Shown here: positions 35,990 to 45,889 of the stretch, piece after piece | Layout: every line of letters begins with the position of its first letter | How positions within the stretch are numbered: the first letter of the stretch is position 1 | Source: Vicugna vicugna | Lineage: Eukaryota | Direction of reading: 5' to 3' | Assembly: GCA_013265495.1 (NCBI GenBank) | Contig: MU058540.1 | Coordinates: forward strand, 395,696 to 459,695 | Length of the DNA: 64,000 bases | Notes under the pieces: model-generated | Told to the model about the DNA's origin: nothing | Database searches by the model: none | What the model saw: the letters and a program-made list of their open reading frames with translations, nothing else | Translations under genes and position numbers: made by a program

Positions 35990-37260
35990 TCGCGGGGCCA
36001 GAGCTTCGGCTTTCTCCCTAACTGGCCATCCCTGGAGTCGAGTTGTTCCCACTGGGTATCCACAGTACTAGTTGTTTCCCCTTTGCCACAGGCCACTCCA
36101 GCACCAGGCAGGAACTCCTTCGGTGAGTGTGGGAAGGTGGAAACCCGAGCCCGGGGCGGGACCGGCGCGCCCGCCCACAAACTGCTGGCTCTTTCCTCCC
36201 GCTCTTTCCCTGCCTTCGCGTTCGAACTGCCAGGGCTGGCCCCGCCCGCCGCCCATTGGCTGGCTCTAGGCGGCGTCACCGCCTCGGTACGAGCCCTCCT
36301 GATCCATGCACCCGCCTTGGAAGTGCGGGGCGGGACGTACGCCCGCCGACTCGCGCCAACCGGGGAGAGCCACCGCCCCATAAAGGAGAGGCTCAGTCCT
36401 CCCAGGTGCCGCGCGCGGGAGGGGTCACGCGTGCGCAGAAGCGCGGCGGCAGTGAAGGGGGAACAACTAACCACGGAGAGGGCGGGGCCGGGGGGGGGCA
36501 AAGGCGNNNNNNNNNNNNNNNNNNNNNNNNNNNNNNNNNNNNNNNNNNNNNNNNNNNNNNNNNNNNNNNNNNNNNNNNNNNNNNNNNNNNNNNNNNNNNN
36601 NNNNNNNNNNNNNNNNNNNNNNNNNNNNNNNNNNNNNNNNNNNNNNNNNNNNNNNNNNNNNNNNNNNNNNNNNNNNNNNNNNNNNNNNNNNNNNNNNNNN
36701 NNNNNNNNNNNNNNNNNNNNNNNNNNNNNNNNNNNNNNNNNNNNNNNNNNNNNNNNNNNNNNNNNNNNNNNNNNNNNNNNNNNNNNNNNNNNNNNNNNNN
36801 NNNNNNNNNNNNNNNNNNNNNNNNNNNNNNNNNNAGCCGGTTTGTCCCTCCCCTCCCCTCCCCTCCTTCCCCCCGCCGCCTCCTCCTGCCGCTGCCGCTG
36901 CTTTGGCTGCTGCGTCATACGCCCCAGAGCCGCCGGGACGGAGGGGCTGGGCCTGGGGACCCCCCGGTTTCTGCCTGCACGCCCCCCGACGCCTAGACGT
37001 GCCCTCCCCGCGCGGGGGGTTCGCCTCGGTCTCCCACGTCTGCCTCTGCCCGGCTCTCGGCGGCCCCAGCTGTCACTGGTAAGGAGGCGGCGGGAGGCGC
37101 CCGTGGGGGGGCAGGGAGCCGGGGGTCGGCGCGCAGGGCGCGAGCGGGAGAGCCGCGCCGCCCTGGCATTGAGTCGGGCTGGGCCGACTCAAGTCCCCTC
37201 TCAGACTCGCCGTCATGGGGAGTAGAGACTGGGACTGGGACACGCCCCCCTCCCGGGGCA
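35990..37260 (+). promoter_or_regulatory. PHF1: PHF1 CpG-island promoter and non-coding first exon (donor after 37078)
   Basis: CpG-dense with several GC boxes; donor CTG|gtaagg. Interrupted by an N-gap. Confidence 0.7.
36507..36834. other. Assembly gap (328 N) in the PHF1 CpG island
   Basis: Run of N. Confidence 0.99.
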
Positions 37261-37824
37261 CTCAGGGAAGTTATCTAACCCGGGGGCAGGGAGCCCCGAA
37301 TTTGAGGGTGACCTGACATAACCTGGCACTAGGATGATTGTTCTGAATGAGACACGCGGGCTCCGGAGGCAGCTGTTTCCACTCTGAAAAACATCTCCAG
37401 AAAAGCTCCCAAAGCACATCTCTGGGAAACAGCACCTCTGTTACACCTCTAAACAGCAGTAGAAGGTGACAGTAGAAACTGACTGGTAACCTTTGCTTCT
37501 GCAACCACCGTCTCTGCTAAAATCTCAAGGCCAGAATATAACATCCCAGGGGAGCTCTGGAAGCTGGGAAACTATAGAACTAGGGTGGGGGGCGGTGGTT
37601 AGGGAGAGGAGAGCCAGTGGCGACTCAGTTGGAAGAGCTGGAGTCAAGAAGCTTGGAAGGGGTGCCCAGTGGTTTCCTATCCAGGTGTCTCAGGGATATG
37701 GAGACTAGGAGCACACCTGCTAGAGTCCTTGATGGAAAAATAGGTGAAGAAAATGGGGATGGTTCCTCAGCATCCATAACCTTCTCCTCCCATCCTACTT
37801 CTGGCTAGGCCCCCCCAGGATGCA

Positions 37825-40800
37825 ATGGCACAGCCCCCTCGGCTGAGCCGCTCTGGTGCCCCCCAACTTTGGGACCCAGCTTCCCCTGCTCCCACCTCAG
37901 GCCCCAGGCCTCGACTATGGGAGGGTCAAGATGTGCTGGCCAGGTGGACAGATGGGCTGCTATACTTGGGGACCGTCAAAAAGGTAGGACACTTGACCTC
38001 TGACCTGTCACCTTTTCTCCATTCCCCTTATCTAGTTCTGACTCCCATTTGACCTTCTGTGCTCAACCATTCCAGGTGGACAGTGCTCGGGAGGTGTGTC
38101 TGGTCCAGTTTGAGGATGATTCCCAGTTTCTGGTTCTATGGAAAGACATCAGCCCTGGTGAGACCCTAGAGGCCTGAGAGTGTGCATCCCATGGAAAACA
38201 GAAATTGGGCATGTGGGACCGAAGAGGGCTTAAGAACAGGCCCCTGACACTGTGTTCCCTCATAGCTGCCCTCCCGGGGGAGGAACTCCTCTGCTGTGTC
38301 TGTCGCTCTGAGACTGTGGTCCCTGGGAACCGGCTAGTCAGCTGTGAGAAGTGTCGCCATGGTGAGAGGGCAGGACACCTGAATGGTCCAGCTTGCCCTG
38401 GGCCTTCCAGGATGCCTCTGACCCTTCCCCACAACACTGTCCTTACACCACCTGTCCTGGCCTGAGTCCCCAAGCCACTGCTCTGACTAGTCTCCCCAAC
38501 CCTGTAACCTCACTCCTTTCCAGCACAGGGAGAGGTAGTCATGGGATCGAGATGTGTGAGCTTTGTGGGCAGAGAGTAGTTAAAATACACCCTTTTCTAA
38601 CCATATGACCTTGGACAAGGCCCTAAACCCCCTAGGAGCTTCAGTTGCATAAACATAATACACTTACCCTAGCAGGACTGTGGTCAAGGATGAAATGAGA
38701 TGGATAAGACTCTTCTGTCCCAGTGTCTAGCACATACAGGTATGCAATGCAATGAGTGGTCTACCATCAATACTATCATTATTCAGCTTACCACCAGGAC
38801 TGCCACGTTCCAAGGGCCCCAGCCCCTGGAGAGGGAGAGGGCACATCCTGGGTCTGCCGCCAGTGTGTCTTTGCCATCGCCACCAAGGTAAAGGCACCTT
38901 CCTGTGGGAGCCTCCCACCCACAGCCTCTCCCAAGCCCTTCCTCCCCCCACCCCTCTGAAGCAGTCTGCTTGCTCCATTTCTGCAGAGGGGAGGTGCACT
39001 GAAGAAGGGCCCCTATGCCCGGGCCATGCTGGGCATGAAGCTTTCTCTGCCATACGGACTAAAGGGGCTGGACTGGGACGCTGGACATCTGAGCAACCGG
39101 CAGCAGAGCTACTGTTACTGTGGTGGCCCTGGGGAGTGAGTAATGAGGGGTGGGGGTTAAGGAATGAAAGATGAGGGTGTGGATCCTAGGGAATGAAGGA
39201 GAAAGAACAGGGTGAGGGGAGTGCTGAAGGGGGTGGGAGGAGGTAGTGAGCAGGGTTTGGGGCAGTTGGGGGGGTGGTGTTTGGAGCTCAGGAGTCCTGT
39301 GCTTCCCCTCAGGTGGAACCTGAAAATGCTGCAGTGCCGGAGCTGCCTGCAGTGGTTCCACGAGGCCTGCACCCAGTGTCTGAGCAAGCCTCTCCTCTAC
39401 GGGGACAGGTGAGTCAGGGGGGCTCTCCCTCTCACCCCATAACCACTCTCTCCCCAACATCTGAAGCTTTGCTTACCTGTTCGCCCCACCCTTGCTCAGG
39501 AGTCCTCCACAGCACAGTGTAGTTTTCCTGGGTAAGGTGCGTTCTCTCCCTCTTGCCCACATCCAGGTTCTATGAGTTTGAATGCTGTGTGTGTCGGGGG
39601 GGCCCTGAGAAAGTCCGGAGGCTGCAGCTTCGCTGGTGAGCTGGATGAGGCACTACCTCAGCGTAACTCCTCTCTCAACACCCCCATGATTTCACCTTAC
39701 GCACCCCAGCTCCCTGCCCTGGACCCCCCCTGGCTTTTGTAAACGCTTCCACAACCTTGACAAACCAATATTTCTCCAGGGTGGATGTGGCGCATCTTGT
39801 CCTCTATCACCTCAGTGTTTGCTGTAAGAAAAAATACTTTGACTTTGACCGTGAGATCCTCCCCTTCACCTCTGAGAATTGGGACAGTTTGCTCCTTGGG
39901 GAGGTAAGGGGTAGTGGAGCTCTGGGGGTTCGGGTGGAACAGGGAGATGTGAAGAAAAGGGGGAGGGAGGGATCACTGCTCCCCTGACCCCATTTTCCTT
40001 CCCCAGCTCTCAGACACTCCCAAGGGAGAACGTTCTTCCAAGCTCCTCTCTGCTCTCAACAGCCACAAGGACCGGTGAGTTGGAGGGAGGCTCAGAGATG
40101 GACAAGTGGATATGGAAGCCTGGGACGGGAGGGGCTGCCACCCACCTGGGAGATCATCTCTGAAAAGGACTGAGGAACAGTATATAAGAGGGTCCCTTTT
40201 CTATAGCACTGACCCTGTATCATTTCTCTCCTCACCCCAGTTTCATTTCAGGGAGGGAGATTAAGAAGAGGAAATGCTTGTTTGGTCTCCATGCTCGGAT
40301 CCCTCCCCCTGTGGAGCCCCCTACTGGAGATGGAGCCCCCACCAGGTCACTGGTCCAGGGGGGATGGGGAAGTTCTCAGGGTCTATGTATGGAAATGGGG
40401 AGGTCTTTGGGGTGTCCGGGAGGGGGCTGGGGGGATAAGGAGGCCTCTTACAGCTTCCCTTCAGGGCAGGGCCCTGGGGGAGGGGTCTCACGTCCCCTGG
40501 GGAAGCGCCGGAGGCCGGAGCCAGAGCCCCTGAGGAGGAGGCAGAAGGGGAAAATGGAGGAGCTGGGGCCACCCTCAGCAGTGCGCAATCAGCCCGAGCC
40601 CCAGGAGCAGAGGGAGCGGGCTCGTCTGCAGAGGGCACTGCAGGTACAGGGGCAGGGGAACCCCATGGGGCAAATGGTGGTGTGGGAAGGAATCAAGGAT
40701 TATCTCTCAGTCCTTTGCTCCTTTTAGGCCTCAGTGTCTCCACCACCCTCCAGTCCTAACCAGAGTTACCAGGGCAGCAGCGGCTACAACTTCCGGCCCA

Positions 40801-41623
40801 CAGATGCCCGCTGCCTGCCCAGGTCAGTGCTCCTCCACCCTCCAACCAGATATGCTCCCTCGGAACCTCTCTTCCAACTGTCTACATCTTCTTCTGGACT
40901 TTCTCACTCAGAATTCTTTTCCCTCTCCCCTTTGGTTACCCACTTCTTGTCCTAGAGAGACTTCTAGAACCAATGTCTGCTTCCCAGTATCCTGGGGATG
41001 GGGGTTCCTTGAGGGTAGTGTTTGAGCTCTACCATTCTCAGGGGGAGAGGGTCCTGTTCCCCTGCTTCTGGTCCTGACTTTCCCCTCCCCAACCCCAGCA
41101 GTCCCATCCGGATGTTCGCTTCCTTCCACCCCTCTGCCAGCACCGCAGGGACCTCTGGGGATGGTGAACCCCCAGACAGGTGAGATTCCACCCCTTTATC
41201 TCTGATACTCCTCTTCACCTCTGTGTTAAGTTCCTCAGTCTCTAACCATTTTTTTGTTCCTCTGAGCCACACATGGCCTCCATTTCTGGTTAATCCTTAT
41301 CTATGCTGGACTCATAATTTCCTTCTCTCCCTAGGTCACCCCTGGAACTTCACATTGGTTTCCCCACAGATATCCCTAAAAGTGCCCCCCACTCGATGAC
41401 TGCCTCATCTTCCTCAGTCCCTGCCCCCTCCCCAGGTCTCCCTAGACGCTCAGCACCCTCTTCTCCCCTGTGCCGAAGTTTGTCTCCTGGGACTGGGGGA
41501 GGAGTCCGAGGTGGGGTTGGCTACCTGTCCCGAGGGGACCCGGTCCGGGTCCTTGCTCGGAGAGTACGGCCTGATGGCTCTGTGCAGTACCTGGTTGAGT
41601 GGGGAGGTGGGGGCATCTTCTGA
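37825..41623 (+). CDS. PHF1: PHD finger protein 1 (Polycomb-like 1), 567 aa. Exons 37825-37983, 38076-38157, 38266-38361, 38787-38887, 38987-39135, 39313-39408, 39567-39635, 39780-39903, 40007-40074, 40241-40345, 40454-40643, 40728-40822, 41099-41179, 41335-41623
   Basis: Tudor domain ([18 protein letters not shown]), PHD1 (CCVC...CEKC...HQDC...CRQC), PHD2 (YCYC...CRSC..WFHEAC), EH/winged helix ([12 protein letters not shown]) and C-terminal [13 protein letters not shown]. The 14 GT-AG exons total 1704 nt. Confidence 0.97.
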
Positions 41624-41949
41624 ACAGCCTGCCTCTGCCCACTTTCCCATTCACACACACCGGCACTTTCATACCCTGACCTCTGACCTCACCTACAGCT
41701 GGGATGTACCTGGGGCAGTAGGAGGTACTTCTCCCTACTGCCCAGGCTGGAATCCAGGTAGGGGGTTGGGGAAGAGGCTCTCTCTTCTCTACTCCCTTCA
41801 TGATTCCTGACCCTTCCCCTCTCCCTCTTCCCATTTCCTTTGATGTTATTTTGTTACAGCTTTTTAAATATTTTTTAAAATTATTTAACCCTTGGGGATG
41901 GAGACTGAGGAAGGGGGATGATAAAGGGTCCTGGGCTCTGTATGATTGA

Positions 41950-41955
41950 AATAAA
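41950..41955 (+). terminator. PHF1: PHF1 polyadenylation signal
   Basis: AATAAA about 330 nt after the stop codon. Confidence 0.7.
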
Positions 41956-42086
41956 GATAAACAAACAAGCTTAGCAGCTCTGAGTCATTCTGAGAGATGT
42001 AAACGGAGGGGCTAGAAGCACTTCTAATCCTTCCAACCAAATTCATTTCTTGACAAGGAATAAGGCACAGAGAACTAAAGATAGGA

Positions 42087-42092
42087 TTTATT
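42087..42092 (-). terminator. CUTA: CUTA polyadenylation signal
   Basis: TTTATT on + (AATAAA on -), about 75 nt after the CUTA stop codon. Confidence 0.7.
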
Positions 42093-42165
42093 TAAGGTCC
42101 AGTCATCACCTGGAAGTCAGAGGGCACTGAAGTATATGAGGGGAACATAACAAGAACAGGGCTCA

Positions 42166-43470
42166 TTATGGTAGGGCTGTGCTGGAGTCAGAAACTGACT
42201 CTGTAACCTGGCGCACCCAATGCAGGTACGGGGAGTTCCCCTGCTCCACAGGCAATGCAATCACCTCAGCCACTTCGTAAGGGTGCACAGAACTGCAAAA
42301 AAAGATGAGGATGGGTGGGGAATCGCTCAAAGGTTTACCTAAAGGAGTCCCCCCTCAGGCTCACCCAACAAGGCTCACCCTCACCTCTACCCATCTCAAA
42401 AGTTCTCACCGAACAAAATCTGTCAAAGCTGGAACCAACGAGCTTTGGGTTTTAATCATCTAAGGGGTGAAGACAAACATGGTTGAAACAAGGGGTGGAG
42501 TTGATTTCATGATCTCAGACGAGGGAAAGGGGTGAACGTAAGTGGTCGTGGAATTAGGCTTTTGTTGTGTGGGGGGACATTTCTCACCATCAGCACTTCA
42601 CTGTCCTCCTCAATCTTTCCTTTCCACTCATAGCTGAAAAGGTCAGGGAGAGAACATTGTGGAAGCAGATTTCCCCCAACGAAAAAGACTGCCAGTCAGC
42701 CCCTTGAGTTAGGTTAACCCCCCAACTCCTGTGACTCACATGGATGTAATCTGAGGGATGAGGTTGACGCAGGCTGCCAGGCGCTTCTCCACCACAGCCC
42801 TGAAGATTAAGAGACAGCCCATTCAGAGCCCCCATGACCCGGATTTTTGCACTAGCAGCCCAGAGACAGGCAGGAAGCAGCGGGAGGGCATTCTTCTCCC
42901 CCACCCCCAACTCTCCCTTCATGAGCATCCTTCCTCGCTCCACACTGAGATCCCCACCTGGCGATCTCCTTGGCGACCTTCTCGTTGGGGCAGGTGACAA
43001 AAGCTGCAGATACCGAGCCAGGAACATAGGCGGAGCCCGAGGCCGGTGAGGGCTGGGACGGGGGGCTTCCTGAAGCCATGGACAGCAGGGCTCGGGGTAG
43101 CAACAGAAGGCGGGAGACCACAGGCAGCAGCGCCGGCATCCAAAGAAGGGAGAAGAGCAGAGCGGCCTGAGAGCAGGAAGTGAATTCGGTGTCTCCCCAT
43201 AAATACCCCAGGAAATTGCACCCCGGGGACCCTTCGCTTGGATGGACACTCAGTCTCTGCCCTCCCTCGTCTGCACCCCGAAGGAAAAGGTTCCCGAAGC
43301 TGCGAGAGTAACCCGGAATATTAAAGCAAAGACTAGGTTTTCACTTCCTCCTTGGGGCCAACCTCGGGTTTTGGATGCGGGTGGTGGTCGAGGCTTCCAG
43401 TACCGGAAGGGGAGGGGCGGTCACTCACCCCTCCGCTGAGCAGGATTGTGGGAGCCCGCCCCCACCTCAT
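42166..43470 (-). CDS. CUTA: CutA divalent cation tolerance homolog, 177 aa. Exons 43470-43429, 43166-42958, 42799-42740, 42633-42588, 42459-42410, 42292-42166; downstream in-frame ATG at 43139
   Basis: [28 protein letters not shown]...[59 protein letters not shown]...|[15 protein letters not shown]. Exons total 534 nt with GT-AG junctions. Confidence 0.95.
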
Positions 43471-43563
43471 GCAGCCTATGCTGGTAGAGGAGGGTTGAAT
43501 ATCAAAGACCACACATTACGCCGAGAAAGGACCCCAAACCCAGGAAGAGCGGCCTCTTCTTAC

Positions 43564-43915
43564 CTGGGCGGCAGCCACGTGACATGAAAACAGCGCAGAC
43601 CACGTGACAGTAGAAGCCGGACCACCCTAACCTCCAGAGCCCGCCAATCCTGGCCCTTATGTGGCCCGGTGTGCCCCGCCTCCTGGTGAGGGAGGAGCAA
43701 AGAGGGACCCAGCCAACCAACAGCTGTATCCGAAGACGTGCCCGGAAATGGCTCACCTATTTCCGTGTAAACCGGAAACGGCCAATTGCCGACTGAGCAG
43801 AGCCGCAGCTGCGTTCCACTGTCACGTGAGGGGGCCGGTCCCTTCAGGCGGCAGTACCTCAATGAGCTACGGGAAGAGGCCAATCGCCGGGTAGCCCTGC
43901 AAGCCACGTGATGAG
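43564..43915 (-). promoter_or_regulatory. CUTA: CUTA CpG-island promoter and upstream exon (donor after 43564, CAG|gtaaga)
   Basis: Four CACGTG E-boxes (43576, 43601, 43823, 43905), ETS CCGGAA sites, CCAAT boxes and a GC box. Confidence 0.7.
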
Positions 43916-45439
43916 AGAGCTGGAGCTAGGAAAGGGGGGCTGGAGACCCCGCAGAGTCGATGTGTCAGGTTGTCGAGTAGGGAAATCATCCTTAAACCCC
44001 AGAATGTGCCTAGTAACAGCCCCTACACTGTTCTTGAAGGCCTTGAGGAATGAGAGGGTCTTAGGAGATTGAACCTTAGGGGTTGAAGAGAGCGCCCCCT
44101 GCAATTTTAGGACTGACAGATGCCTGGGTTGGGGAATGCATGATGATAATCTGAGAAGGCAGCTGTCCCTGGTTGGGGGGAATTGATTAGGCAGGCATTG
44201 CATGGCAAGACCATGGCTAGGTGAGGAAAGGCATTTTAAAAGGACAGAGACCCTGTAAATGAGATAGAGGATGATTTAAATGGGGCTGAGAGCGCCTCAA
44301 CCTTAAATGAAACCCCAAAGCTGGAGACAGTCTAGTGACTCCGTGGGGGTGGAGAGGGTAGAGAGGATGGCTGCAGGTTTGGGATATGAATAGGACACCA
44401 GGAAGTAATGATGGTCCTTTTGTCCCTTATCCCCTTCCTAGTTCACTCTCCAGGACTGGTCTACCTCTCATCCTTGGGTCTCCTTCCCTTAACCCATCCC
44501 CCTAGGAGCCAGGACTTGCCCTACATAACCTCCCTGGGGCCCAAGCACGTCCTGTGACCCAAAAATGGAGAGAGGGGCCAATGAGAGGAGACAGAGGTGG
44601 CAGGAGGCAGCAAGAAAAAGGCTCTTGCCACTCCCCATACCCGGTACTCCCCCTCCCTCCTAGGTCTGGGGTCTCTGGTCTGTTGGGTGGGTATGACTGG
44701 GCATTTCCCAGGCTGATGTCGGAGTTCTCTCATCCCTACCTCTCTGGGGTTGGGGTCTCCTTGAGACCTCTGTCTTTGGCTTTGGAGTTTGTTTCTTAGA
44801 TCTGTGGAGTCTTTCAGTATTTGCATTGGGATCTTTTTCAGGACTGAATTTCCTTGTTTTTTGTTTCGGGGGTTTCTGGGTCCGCAATCACCCTCTCTCT
44901 GAGGTCTTTCAAACTCTTCTTTATGAGTTTGGAGTCTTTGAGTTCTCCTTCTTTTGGCTAGCTGAGTGTCTCTTCTGCACCCCCGTCCAGGTCTGGAGTT
45001 TCTATGTCTCTAAGTGATCAATCTCTGAGACTGCAATTTCTTTTCTTTGGGATCTAAGTCTGGGGTCTCTGATAGCTCTCTCTGGGTCTGAGTTCTCGAA
45101 GACCTAATTCTAGGTCTGGATTCTTTCTGAATCTGTGTCTTATCTTTCTCTTTGAGTCTGGGTCTTAGGTCTTGGTCCCTGAAATCACTGAGTCTGGAGT
45201 CTAAGATTTCTGTGGCTATGGAGAACCTTTTTGAGACTGGGTGCTCAGATTTTGATCTTTGACCCATCTTTTCGGGTTGGGGGTTCCTGGATCTTTTTTC
45301 CTCAGATTGGGGTCTCTTTTCCTCTGGACTTTGGGTTTGTGCCTCATATTAACCGTCCCCTCCCCCAGGCAAGATATTTTTCTCTGTGGGTCTGTGGTCT
45401 CCCTGTCTCAGGGTTGGGGTCTGCATCTTTAGAACTGCG

Positions 45440-45577
45440 CTCTCTCTCTCTCTCTCTCTCTCTGGTGTGTTTTTGAGTCAGGGGTCTTTCCCTCTCTAGT
45501 TCTCTCTGAGTAGGGGTGGGGGCTGCAGAGTCTCTCTCCTCCTCCTCCTTCTCTCTCCTCTCTCGCTCGCTCCCCCG

Positions 45578-45621
<44 letters not shown>

Positions 45622-45788
45622 CCGGCTGCCGCTGCTGCCGTTGGCTCCTATTCTCCTCCTCCTCCTCCTCTCTCCTCCTCTCAGCTCCTCTCCGCTCCCC
45701 TCTCCTCCTCTCTCCTCCTCTCTCCTCCTCCTCCTCCACCTCCTCCTCCTTCTCCCCCTCTCTCTCCCCCTCTTTCTCTCTTCTCTTT
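45440..45788 (+). repeat. (CT)n microsatellites and polypyrimidine tract, probable SYNGAP1 promoter and 5' UTR
   Basis: (tc)n near 45440-45463 and 45583-45616; (tcc)n/ctct runs continue to the gap. Confidence 0.85.
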
Positions 45789-45889
45789 NNNNNNNNNNNN
45801 NNNNNNNNNNNNNNNNNNNNNNNNNNNNNNNNNNNNNNNNNNNNNNNNNNNNNNNNNNNNNNNNNNNNNNNNNNNNNNNNNNNNNNNNN
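45789..45889. other. Assembly gap (101 N), probably hiding SYNGAP1 coding exon 1
   Basis: Follows the pyrimidine-rich leader. Exon 2 begins in phase 1, and I found no matching first coding exon in the visible sequence. Confidence 0.8.

Noticed and set aside
35905..37225. ORFs of 289-437 aa
   Set aside because: They are inflated by reading through the N-gap in a CpG island.
42590..43249. 219-aa minus-strand ORF over CUTA
   Set aside because: It is out of frame with CUTA and crosses introns. The spliced CUTA model explains the region.
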